Source of the DNA: Perkinsus chesapeaki ATCC PRA-425
Taxonomy: Eukaryota > Protista > Perkinsozoa
NCBI GenBank assembly: GCA_013115145.1
Contig: JAAPAO010000153.1
Location: 1-61,156, forward strand
DNA length: 61,156 bases
Reading direction: 5' to 3'
The notes beneath the pieces were generated by a model. That model was not told the DNA's origin, did not search any database, and was given only the letters and a program-made list of their open reading frames with translations. How positions within the stretch are numbered: the stretch's first letter is position 1; each line of letters starts with the position of its first letter. Shown in pieces: positions 13,094 through 24,400 of the stretch. The position numbers and the translations under genes were made by a program.

Positions 13094-13270
13094 CAGAATT
13101 TTTTGAAAAAAGGAATTTCGGAAATTCTCGAACGAATTCTTGAACGCGTATTCCAACACGGACGAGAATCATGACGATGACAATAACCGATCTCCTCTTT
13201 CCAACTGCTCAAGGCGGGCATGCGCCCAACGAGCCAAAAGCAAGAGGAATCGAGGACTATCAATCATGTC

Positions 13271-16192
13271 TCAAGAGTTCATTTTTAAAGCACTAATTCT
13301 TCCTCGAACATCTATTTCCGCGATCCCGAACCCAGTTTATCGGCAAGCCTCGCCGGAGACAGCAGCGATGGTTAGATGAACTCCTGGCATCACGGAAAGC
13401 TTACCTTTGAATTTTGTCTGAAATACTAGGCACAGTGAACGTGAACCGACTTCGCTTCTCCGTAGCCTTGGTCGATGCCAAGCTCGACTGAATCGACAGA
13501 CATGCTCCCCACTATAGCGCGGTCGGCGCTCACCCTTCTGGATGCCTCGGAGACTTTGCTAGACCTTCGACTGGACGATCTACACAGAAAGAACATCTGA
13601 AGATTACTGATACCGAGAAAACGCGATTGCTATACTTTCCAATTAACGTAAGGAAACCACATCTTCCTAATTTTTCTGCCAACCGTTTCAAGTATAATAC
13701 TTAAGGATATTATTAACAAATAAATGGCTACGGTCCAGCCCTGAGTCGATCGAGGAACTCACCGCAGGGCGCTCAACGAGCCCCGTCGACTTCCGCCGCC
13801 TCCGCTCAGCTCTCCTAGATGCGACGGACACAACGTTGCATGGGTCTCGCCATGTCCATGCTCCTGCTTGAGCCTCTCACACTCATCAAGCAGCTCCTCT
13901 GAAATAGACAACCTCACGAAAGAACTATTCGTGGCCGGGCAGCAATTCCCTAGTTTTCGTAACAACATTCCCATCCGTCGGGTAATATGTTTACGGAAGT
14001 ATTCACCATATCAATTTATCAATACAACTAGCATGCACACAAGTGACACACTCTGGTGTGTGCAAGAGGAGGTCGCCTCAACGGCCTGTACTAGTCCAAA
14101 TATCTACCGAATTTCCTACTCTTCGCGAGCTTAGGATACCACACCCTCATGCGGCCAAATGCTACCCTGGCCAGGAAGCCATAGAGGAGCGTAAAATGTC
14201 CCCAGATGACATACACCTCGTGTTTCTGTGTGGCCCACGAACACATCATCCAGCCAATTCCCACTTATGCATCATCGTCGCAACAAGGAATATTTTTCGA
14301 CCCTCGGCGAACCACTTCTGTGTCGCCAGTTGGTCCAGGGCCTGGACCCCAGACTTTCCCGACCTCACCGATACGAGCGTCCCGATCAGCTATGATCTTA
14401 GTGTTCTCTTCGACAAGCGATTCATTGTACTTCAAACCCTCTTGGACTTCCTGCAACTCTTTCCGGACTTCACCAATCTGAATACGTTGAGAAAATGCAA
14501 GTGAAAGCAATATAGCAAGATTTCCGATACCTCCCGTCGTTGGGCTGCGAGCTGCTCTCCTCGCTGTTTCAGCTGCGTTTTAAATTCCTTCTCTTTCTGG
14601 GCAACCTGGCACAAACCATATGACACAGGTTCGAATCCCACAGGCGACATCTCACCTCCGCTTCAAATGCTTTCATTTTTTCCTTGAATTCACCCTTCAC
14701 CCTTTTAGTGATGTCCTTTTCAGCTGCGGTAAGCTTGGTAGAGTACTGCGCCGTCAAACCACCAAGATCCTCTTCCTGAATCAACTAATCCAGACTTCAT
14801 CACGCAAGTAAAGCAACGCCAAAATGGGACCAAATTGGTCCGCGAATTATCGATCGAATGTTGAACAATAGCCACTCTACTGACACGCGTGCACATCTTG
14901 CACTGTGGAAGTTGCACATGATCCACAAACGACTAAGTTATATTGTCTGTGAAATATCGCAGCACCACCTCCCAAATGTAATCGCTCCCCCCAACTCTGA
15001 TTCAATATAAATCTCGCTCATCCGATAAGTTAGCCGTCCGTGGTTCAGGATTGATTCCAGCATGAACTCACCATCTCAGAGACTCTCGTTTCCAGCGCAT
15101 TTTTCTCCATCTGCAGTTCATCGATCCTTCTCAGATGACCAGCAATTATCGTCTCATATTCATCCTTCAACTGCCGAATCCTGAGCCGCCAGAGATTGTT
15201 CGCACTAGAAAGATCGCCGCATTTTCCCCATTGTGTCACCACTGAAAACTGAGGAAACTTGACATCCTGCACTTCCTAGAATATTGGGGTGAGACGTATA
15301 AGTTAAGTATCTCATAATCTATATGTAGAAGCAGACTATTATCCACGTTATTATATCTCCTGAGTAAGAGCAGTCTAGGAAGGATACAATCTACCCAAAT
15401 GCATCACGTAACATACTGTCAGCATTTTTGTGAATGCTTTCCAGCCGGGGCATGCTCCCATTTTTTTGCAGCGGATCCTTGTGGGAAAATAAACAAGTCC
15501 AAGCGATGACCGAATGAGAATAGAACCGAAATTTCCGCCTTGCGTTTGATTGTTATCTCAGTAGTTCCATTTTTATCCATATAATATGCAAGAGAAGGCA
15601 GAATGCCCCAACCGGGGATCGAACCCGGGTGACATACATAAGATCGGTCTTCGATGGTGTCTTCTCATTTCCACTTGTCTCGCATTGCACATTGTCGTAA
15701 AACTCGCAGAGGTCAGAATCTGTCTCAATGGGGATCCTCGACAACCCTGTGTAACCTAACTCAAAAATGTGAAACAAAAGTCGCTTCGCTCCGCTAAGCA
15801 CTTGATATTATCATCTCCACCAGCTTTATTTCCGCGTCAACACCGAGGGCCTCAGCGATGCCACTTTTAAGTGCCTAAAATAGTAACGGCAAATTTACCG
15901 GGCCCGGGAATCGAACCTGTGCGGAAACAATAGATTACGTTTTCCTCACCTGGAACGTCAGGGGAGTTTCCTCGCCGAGCAAAACAGCTTCTGAAAAGTC
16001 AACCACCAACACCAGAAACTTGAACCTGATGACAGAAGTCTTCAGTGCGACATTTTCAGGTTACATCTGGTTGTAAATCTCCCTGGGAGGGTAGGGCACT
16101 GCAATACCGCGATCTATCGGAAACTCAGGCGCGGTGACCGGCCGACAGGTCTCGTCTCGGGCCTCCAACTCTACAACGGTCGTATCCACCAT
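13271..16192 (-). CDS. Multi-exon hypothetical coiled-coil protein; may be one or two genes, ends approximate
   Basis: Heptad-rich exon peptides (RIRQLKDEYETIIAGHLRRIDELQMEKNALETRVSE; EKDITKRVKGEFKEKMKAFEAE; KELQEVQEGLKYNESLVEE) joined by plausible short introns. Confidence 0.45.
14624..14649 (+). pseudogene. tRNA 3'-end relic (Leu-like) antisense within intron 14606..14655
   Basis: CACAGGTTCGAATCCCACAGGCGACA: T-loop TTCGAAT followed by 5+7+1 nt. GGTTCGAATCCCAC...GACA resembles tRNA-Leu 3' ends. Confidence 0.55.
15604..15629 (-). pseudogene. tRNA 3'-end relic with intact T-stem, just inside a putative intron (GTATGT donor at 15637)
   Basis: C-CCGGG-TTCGATC-CCCGG-TTGGGGC-A then TTCT. The 5-bp T-stem is perfect and in tRNA register. 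Confidence 0.65.
15896..15923 (-). pseudogene. tRNA 3'-part relic (Ser-like) within intron 15875..15949
   Basis: ...AATCTATTGTTTCCGC-ACAGG-TTCGATT-CCCGG-GCCCGGT-A. The intron joins ...PLTFQ|ALKSGIAEALG in phase 0. Confidence 0.55.
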
Positions 16193-16645
16193 ATCCAATC
16201 AACAACAGGCTCAACTGTGAAATAGAGTCACTGGCAAATAGGCAGCGATTTAAACGTTAATTTAATAGTGGAGCGGATGGGGAATGGAGATCAGCTTCAT
16301 CCAGCCTCGCAGGAATCTATTCCCCAGAGATTGGAAAATGTCCCCGGGCAGTCCCCGGAGACACAATACAAATTTTCTTGAAATGTCTTTAGGCGGAAAA
16401 AGACGTCGAATGCATTTCCTCTGGGCCCCAAATTGGACGTTTCCCAGTGACTTCCCTACCCCCATCAAGTAACAAACTCAACACCTTTTGAATGAGCAGC
16501 AGCCTTTGGCGAACTATTGGGAATATAGTATTAATGATACACAGCAGCAGCCATCATCTCCTCATTGGAGGATCATCTTCTCATACCGCTCCTTCCTCAA
16601 ATCACATTTATATTACACATATACGGCCAGTGAATTCAAACAAAT

Positions 16646-18559
16646 TCAAACAGTGAATTTCAAAAAAACTCTCCGTCGCTTTGCCGGTGAGCCAGCAGCT
16701 GCCCTAACCAGCCCCCGTTTAACCTGCACCCCATCCCTCGAATCTTCTTCATCATTCTCATCAAACGGCGGCGGTGTGACCCCTCGCCCCTCCGTACTTG
16801 TTTCACTCAACTCCACACTGTCTCCTTGCGACATCCCAGACCCGTCCTCAATATGAATATCCAGGCCACCGTAATTAATATGATACCAATTCCCGTTCAC
16901 TTTAACCAGCATCGCTTCCTCGTTTACAGATTGTATCATCAGCCCGGTCTTCCCATCCACCGTGGCTGTCGCCATCGCACTCGGCGCCTCCGTCACCGCC
17001 TCCGCGCACGCAGAAAACTGCTTTAATCTCCTTTGCTGCTGCTGAGCCTTCTTCTGATGCCGAGTTATGTGGTCCAATCGCTTCAGCTTCGCCCGGAGCT
17101 TCCCTATATCCGGTTGCTGATCCGGATGGTCTTGCAAATTCAATTCCATCAATTTCGCTCCAGTGCAAAGCGTCACGCGCCCTCTAATATGCCGCTCTGG
17201 CAAAGTCATATCCCTTTTATGAACAAACCCATGTTTCTCATACCAACTTATCGCGTTCTCGCTCGCGTATGTGATAACGTAATGTACCCCGCTGGACGCC
17301 AACAACGACAGCCACACCTTCAGAAGCCATGACCCCAGCCCTTGCCTCTGGCGAGTGAAATCCACACTGAAAAAGTGCAGTTCGCTGAAACCCAGTTGCG
17401 GGTCCAGGTGATGGCACAGAGCCGCCAACGCTTGATCTGGCTCGTCCAGCGACACCAGAGCGTGTATCCGACTTCTCGCCGATCGGCACATACGAGGGAT
17501 GTATCCCCTATCGAACTCAGGCAAAGTCCGACCGAATACAGCAAGACACGATTCGACCAAAGCCGCCGTCATTGTGCAATCTGTCCCACATATATTACCA
17601 TCTTCCGGCAGAGACTCTACCGCTCCCATCGATGCATACTCCGAAATCGGGGAGTCCCCCGAACTCTCCGGTGGCGGCGGCTCCGTCATACTGCCGACCA
17701 CCCTCAGCTTTGATCGATCCAACACACCATGTTTTCTTACTCGCTTGCAATGGAAAAGCACATCAATCGTCTCGTCGTAGATGCCCTTGTTATCCCCAGA
17801 GTACCGCACCGTCAACAGCGTCCCTCTAACCTCATAAACGGATGCTTCGAACACTCCTCTCATTTCCCCACCAAAGCGCTCATCGTGCATTATCTTAACC
17901 AGGTCACCGACTCTATAGGTCGTATTTAGCTTCTCATTCGCCTCCACAATGGAAGGATGCAAATTCCTCGCCACCATCAAAGCCGTGCTGCTCACTGACC
18001 GCGTGCAAGGACCTGCTTCCACCACCACCTCAGAGTCCTTCTCCTCGGAGACAATCGTATTCCTTTGCCCAGCCGATCGGGTTGTCCACGTTGGCTTCAA
18101 CACTGCCGCCCCCTGCCCTCCAAATGCCAGTCCAGTCTGCACCCAATTCGGCTGTTGTTGTTGTTGTTGCTGGCTCGCTCTCACCATCGCAGCTTGAGCT
18201 CGACTGTACACTGGCGGAGTTGCCTTATCCTTCCCCACCACCTTCCCCCCTTCCTCCGAATTCGTACCATTTATTACCGATCCCGTAGAAGTTGAGTTCT
18301 CCGAATTGCTAGTCGACCCCTCAAGACCGCCGCCGCTCTTCGCCCCCTGGCCCGTCGGACTCTGGCGTTGCTCGACAATCTGCGAGGCCAGCATGACTGC
18401 ATTTCTCAGCTGCTCCTGACTGTATTGGTTCCCAGGGAGCGAGTAATACTTTGCCGGATGATGCAAACTACTCATACCGCTCCCTTCTCTATTTCCAACC
18501 GTCACCCCACCCTGCTTCAATACTTGCTGCGCCGAACTGGCCGCCATTGGTTCTGACAT
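16646..18559 (-). CDS. GCN5-type GNAT acetyltransferase with an upstream Tudor/SH3-like domain, 637 aa, single ORF
   Basis: FSELHFFSVDFTRQRQGLGSWLL and VITYASENAISWYEKHGF align with GCN5 HAT motifs A and B. YRVGDLVKIM...VYEVRGTLLTVRYSG is Tudor-like. No bromodomain is visible, and the basic C-terminus (PAKRRR) is NLS-like. Confidence 0.7.
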   Translation of the reverse strand: MSEPMAASSAQQVLKQGGVTVGNREGSGMSSLHHPAKYYSLPGNQYSQEQLRNAVMLASQIVEQRQSPTGQGAKSGGGLEGSTSNSENSTSTGSVINGTNSEEGGKVVGKDKATPPVYSRAQAAMVRASQQQQQQQPNWVQTGLAFGGQGAAVLKPTWTTRSAGQRNTIVSEEKDSEVVVEAGPCTRSVSSTALMVARNLHPSIVEANEKLNTTYRVGDLVKIMHDERFGGEMRGVFEASVYEVRGTLLTVRYSGDNKGIYDETIDVLFHCKRVRKHGVLDRSKLRVVGSMTEPPPPESSGDSPISEYASMGAVESLPEDGNICGTDCTMTAALVESCLAVFGRTLPEFDRGYIPRMCRSARSRIHALVSLDEPDQALAALCHHLDPQLGFSELHFFSVDFTRQRQGLGSWLLKVWLSLLASSGVHYVITYASENAISWYEKHGFVHKRDMTLPERHIRGRVTLCTGAKLMELNLQDHPDQQPDIGKLRAKLKRLDHITRHQKKAQQQQRRLKQFSACAEAVTEAPSAMATATVDGKTGLMIQSVNEEAMLVKVNGNWYHINYGGLDIHIEDGSGMSQGDSVELSETSTEGRGVTPPPFDENDEEDSRDGVQVKRGLVRAAAGSPAKRRRVFLKFTV

Positions 18560-18933
18560 TCGATCGTGATGACAATGGACGTTTGAAAGGAATAAGCAAA
18601 TGACCTGTAACGGATATCATTAAAAATAAGGTACGCGAGCCTCAACTTCCCAACTATTCGGTTCAAATTCACTCATTAACATCTGTAAAATATAAGGAGC
18701 TGTTATTACCAGATCTAGTGTTATTAGTAACCGACTGTGCGATCCCTATACAGATAACAAGGTTCCCATTATCTCCAGTGAGAAGATACTCGCCACGATC
18801 TTTACCAAATAGCTGCCGTAGGCCACCAGTCAGTGTATTAGTACGCCAACAACGACAGCAATACAACACCAGGATCACCCTCAGAACGCAAGCCAATGAG
18901 AACTAGCAGAAACTAGTCATGTGACGTGACACC

Positions 18934-21310
18934 TTATCGCTGAGCTGATTCGCCAATAAATTCGGATGCTCTGGGATCTGTCACTTGAAGTTCACCCTTC
19001 AAATGCTGAAATAATACCCTCCCCGAGGATCGAACCCACGCCACTCTTACCTTCTTAAGCTGATCTCCCTTAAGTGGATAGGGATGAGGCTCGATTATAA
19101 GAGGATCCTTTATGCAAGGATTGTTCCATTCGTCATACCTGTCAACCGAACGCTATCGGAGTCACACTGTCTTGGAAACCATCACACTTCGACTCAAGAG
19201 TGTCAGGTGAGAGGACCCCTCTCATCCGATGTTCGGCCCAGGGAGAATGAATTTGACTTTTCTCGTTCGTTCTAGCGATATTTTTCAAGAATACTTTCGA
19301 TCGTATCTCCACTTTAAGGTCTTCGACAAACACGTCTCTGTAAGGCCAGATTGTCCCGTGTCCGTGCCCCCCCCAGTCCAAAGAGTTAGACTTGCGAACT
19401 GTCATCCATCCAACCCAGGTTCAAACCCCACCGCTATTACTTCAAACATATCCGTCGCTGACTAACTCTCACTCCTTGCGGAGGATTCACCAGCGGTCGA
19501 GGGAAAATATGCTAACCATCCACCCATCATGACCGCGCGCCACAAAATTCCTCTAGTACCCAGTACGCCTTTTGCCTAAGTTGTATCAACAATTTATTAT
19601 CTTCCACACTCGTGATGAACTCCGTTCGATACCGCCACAAATCTGACATGCCAAAAATTTCGCGGGAAAATTTCAAAAACTTTCCGTGAATTTTTCCACA
19701 CCCTACCATCTCGCAGCAATTCCTCCCTCGGCTCCGGCAACACATTGGCATAACTGAACAGGAGCCAAAGATTCCACTCCAAAAATCTACATAGTGCGCA
19801 CACGACAGACATCAAAGCAATTACAGCGCTTCGGGCCTCGTAGCATTTTCTCGCCGAAGCTCCTTTAGAATTTTAAGGAGATTTCAACCCAACAAATGTG
19901 CCACGGACCAAATACTACCATTACGCTATTCAACGCATCGCCCCCGCCGCTAGCAAACATCACCGATCCTCCTCCTCCTCTTCCCTAGTACAATCTTTCC
20001 TTCTCCGGATCATAGGTATACTTAACCCTTCCACTCACTGCAGCCTTCAATGATGTAGTCTTCGTCACAACTACATTCTCCCCTGTAAGATAAAACGTAT
20101 AGCTCATCCATCACATTCCATATCAACAGTTAAGCATGAATGGAAATAATGCCACCCTTATCCACTTCTATTAATAAATAAACTAATAACGTATATCTAC
20201 CTTATACCACATAACATACAATCACACTACCCGTCATCTAGAGCTGTGCAAACTTGACGGGCGATCTTGGTTGTATATCTCGAGGAGACAATCTAATGCT
20301 ATTAGTTATAGCCTAGTAATAGCTAATAGTGTAGAGTAATAGCCTAGTAATAGCTAATAGTGTAGAGTAATAGCCTAGTAANNNNNNNNNNNNNNNNNNN
20401 NNNNNNNNNNNNNNNNNNNNNNNNNNNNNNNNNNNNNNNNNNNNNNNNNNNNNNNNNNNNNNNNNNNNNNNNNNNNNNNNGTAATAGCCTAGTAATAGCT
20501 AATAGTGTAGAGTAATAGCCTAGTAATAGCTAATAGTGTAGAGTAATAGCCTATTACTCTACACACTTACAACGCTTATTTAATCCACATAACAGTGTCT
20601 TCAATTACTACATATAACTATTCTCTCAGCTATGAGTATAACGAACTCAGTCAACTGTCCAGCTTTATCTTCCGTCCCACCCATCCCTATCACCTGGATA
20701 GAACTTGAAGTTCCTTTTCCTCGTAGATCCAGGATTCTTAGATATATAATGCCTCTGCCTCACTATTATCCTACTCGCCTCAACATACTCCGAACTCAAT
20801 GCCTTCATACCAATATGAGGCTTATCGGCGAATCGTCGCGTAAAGGGACTCGTGTCAGCTGAAAACAACAGCACCCTCGATACATTTCCCCTATGCATAA
20901 CAGTAAAGTGTAATAGGATAGAGTTCCCCTTTTGCTCCTGAAATCTCCGTACTGAGATTCCCTCACAAAGCGGCAAGAGAAAATGGCAGATGCGTTCGGA
21001 AGTTTCGGATTTGCCGTCCACATGTTTTTCTCGATACTCATATATTCGCAGTGGTAAAACAACACATGCATATCTTATGACAGTATTAGTGTAGATAAGT
21101 CAATACACTAACCGAAATCGAGTATACAATATAAAGCTACCAGAACAACCGATCTATCACAACATAAAGGCTGAAGTGGAGGCTTCTCCACTTACCAGGC
21201 TTATCGTAAGCTTGCTGCTTTGTAACTTTCCACCTCATCTGTTCTGTAGATAAATTCCAAGATGTCCCTCTAGGCACCAATGGCGAAGATAACAGCCCAA
21301 AAAGGCCCAT
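18934..21310 (-). CDS. MRPL27: Mitochondrial ribosomal protein bL27m with extensions, multi-exon
   Basis: KPHIGMKALSSEYVEASRIIVRQR ... FKFYP|GENVVVTKTTSLKAAVSGRVK matches bL27 KRLGVK...GSIIVRQRG..FHAG.NV...L.A...G.V. The N-terminus MGLFGLLSSPLVPRG...QMRW looks like a targeting peptide. Confidence 0.65.
19015..19041 (-). pseudogene. tRNA 3'-end relic forming most of the 45-nt intron 19006..19050
   Basis: Intron GTAAGAGTGGC-GTGGG-TTCGATC-CTCGG-GGAGGGT-A-TTATTTCAG joins ...DQLKK|HLKGELQ in phase 0. Confidence 0.6.
19414..19436 (+). pseudogene. Degenerate tRNA T-arm relic antisense in an intron (about 19399..19462)
   Basis: CCCAGGTTCAAACCCCACCGCTA. It shows a T-loop-like TTCAAAC with a weak stem. 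Confidence 0.3.
20308..20564. repeat. 31-bp AT-rich tandem array (AGTAATAGCCT-AGTAATAGCT-AATAGTGTAG) spanning an N gap, ending in a fold-back
   Basis: Units are read on both sides of the gap. It lies in intron 20083..20693 of the bL27m gene. Confidence 0.9.
20382..20480. other. Assembly gap (N run) inside the tandem array
   Basis: Run of N; the true array length is unknown. Confidence 1.
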
Positions 21311-21498
21311 TCTCCCACCTATTCGTTGCATTGGGGCAATGAAGCCCATAAAAATGGGATACAACTCAACCTATCTGGTATCATGCACGCATGAAGCTAA
21401 GATTCCCCAACACAACTACAACCACTTTATTGAAAGATTTCATCCAACGTAAACTGTAGCGCATCACCAATATTTGCCAACTTCGCTCCGCCCAAATC

Positions 21499-24400
21499 TT
21501 AGAACTTGATTTTCTTATGTTTCTTCCTCTGTCTCTTCTCAGCCTGGCCAGGTGCCGTCTGTGGCGTCGATAAAGTCGGCGTGGGCGCCATCGACGAAGC
21601 TCCCTCGGTGGACTAAAATACACCACCATAGAATCGAACCAGCGACCTTTCCCATGGCAGCCAAGCGCTCTACCTTGTAGCCTGCAGCGGCCATGGCGGC
21701 TTTCTCTCTATCTTCGTGCTCCATCAATTGTTTCCTAATGAAGTCCGCAGATAAAGTCTGATCATCTGCCTCCATCTCGCTTGGGTTAATCGTCATAGTC
21801 CTTCCGCTACCGCTTGGAGTAGCCGTTCCAGCTGAACAGTTTCATACCGACACTTCCTCAACTCCCCAAACTTTTCTACCTAATGGTGTCGTCGCTTCTG
21901 CTAAGTTGTAGACATGTGAGCTTGGGAACAATGCAGATGCTTGAGTAGGTATATTCTTCTGTGGCAGTACCTACACCGATCGACCTCTAAAGCCACCCTA
22001 ATCTAATAAAAACCAATCACACAGTAGGTGATCCACTCGTATGACAATCAACTCCTCGGCCGTTGTTTCTGTAAACTGGGCTCATTCAGGTCCATAGGTC
22101 TATACTATATAGACGATGATATGTTATCATATTATGATACTTTTTATTCACTCTGAAACCTAACCTACAACCCCCCTGAACCTCGACGAAAGACTTATAT
22201 AGTATCATTTATAAGTGATCTTTTGATCTTCATATACATTATAAAGTGATAAGGTATTGTAGCTCTATACGGTCGAATGATAGGTTACAAATTGAGACCT
22301 TCTTACAACCTAGATAAATTCGCAGCCCGCGCAGATTGCGAAATTGCAATTTCCCATTCCTTTTCACACTAAACTTTGGTCTCCAGTCGGACCTTGTATA
22401 ATTGATGAGTAGGAGTAGCCGTAGCACTCGCAACCGACTGAATTCCTCCTCTAATATCGACTTGTCCCGGAGTGCCAATGCCAGATGTGATAGAAGTAAT
22501 ACCGCCAACCGAAGTAACACCAGAGGTATCCAAATTGACCAAAGGCGTTTGGGTGCCGAGGGGCGTCTCCAGACCGCCACGAAGGATCGGCGTCTGAGTT
22601 CCGCCACCTAAGAAGACAACGCTATTCAACCACAGGCCCACCTAACCGAACTTGCTACGAGCTGAACCAGGCCCAGGAGGCAAGTATAGTCAAACACTAG
22701 CCACTCTCCGCAACGGATCTTTCGAGAATCTTTGAACGACATCGATTTCGGATTAATGGTGATGGAGCAATGTACTATATAATTAAAACTTGCGGCAGAT
22801 GGAACATGACGTACTGTAATATAATATATTTACCCTTCACACATGTGTACCAGAGTTCCATAGAGACTGATGCCATCTAGGTTTTCATTCTCACTCTGAC
22901 TCGACCTTCACGGGCATTCACATAATCTCCCACTACTCGGCCTACTAAAGTTTCGGATGGCCCGCGAATGTCCAAGTGTGTAGCGGCCTCTACTAGCGAA
23001 CCTCCAGCGTTCTGAACTCCAGTCTATATTAAACTAAAATTATAAAAAGATACTGCTACTAGAAATAATACGTGAAACTCGAATTCGTAATATATTTTCT
23101 CCACTTCAAGTAATCTAATTAGTATTATATTATTATTAATTATAACATTATTACTTCATATAGTTAATTACGAATAGCATTTAAGCTTTATAATTTCCTA
23201 TAATACCTAGCTTTATAAAGTGATATTGCCGGTAATTCTGTGAGGCTTATCATTTGCCAAGAGATGTATTCTAGCCCAATACTGGTGTATATTACCATCC
23301 TTCCTGGCCTGTCTTGTATCATCTTCTTCGACATCCATAACCTCATCATCATCAGATTCATCTGACCCAGCATCCGAGGCTTCAGACAGGAACTCACCCC
23401 ACAGGAAATCCTTTTCATCTAAAAGAATAAAATATACACCTCCCGAGAATCGAACCCGGGCTACTCGATCTATAACGTAAACGTAACACTACTCCCCAAT
23501 TCAACTACACTGACCATTAAATCCAACATCTGTATTGCTCTACCGTCTTATCCTATACGCCCATTTTCGCGGTAGTGTAGCCTTCCCGATATTACCATTT
23601 CCTGTATTAGTCTCGACTTCTCCTCTTATTCGATCAGTTTCGATGTTCCAATTACCATAAAGAGGATTACCAAACTCATCAACTGGTGGTCTGCCCCAAC
23701 CTGAATGACAAATCATTATTGAACCAATCATTTATTTATACAACAAACATCTATTATAATCGATTACATCATTTCCCACAACAGATATATAACATATATA
23801 ATATATGTTATATACCAATTGAACTATACATCGATGTCATTGATGCACTGGGGATTCAGTAGTAGTTTTTTATAATCCATTCACTCAATGGAACACAAAC
23901 ACCTACTACTAAATACAGTATAGCCTATGGAAAATGTTTCGCTTTCGCTTGCTCATACAACCCTAATCCATACTACCTCCAGGATGATAACCCCAGTCCC
24001 CTCCAGCAGGTATGGGAGCATTCAGCCCAGGTACTCTCAGCCCAGGATAGCTCGGCGGTGGCCCGTAGCGTTGCATATTGAAGAGCCATGGTGGCGGACC
24101 TCCCTCCTGGACAAGGAAGTTCGACCACACAGTTGCTGTAGTATTACTTCGATTCCGAGAGCTTCCCGCAGAGGCTCAGATATCTTTCCTGGCTTCTTGT
24201 TCACCATTCGGGACTCATACTCTCGTCCCTCATAATACCTGCGCGGTATAATCCTCTCGCCAATAATTATGTAACCCAATCCCGCACAGGTTCGATTCCC
24301 AGCCAAACGACTTACATATCTCCATGCTTGGTGAGGTATGGGCAGGGCGTTGCGTATCTATTAAGAAATATCATGCAGCCGTAAAATATATGTCACTCTA

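Noticed and set aside
19618-19640. CTCCGTTCGATACCGCC looked like another antisense T-arm relic
   Set aside because: It falls in a coding exon of bL27m (DLWRYRTEF) and the stem does not pair, so it is a chance match.
20308-20564. 31-bp array considered as a CRISPR array
   Set aside because: Units are contiguous with no spacers, so it is a minisatellite.
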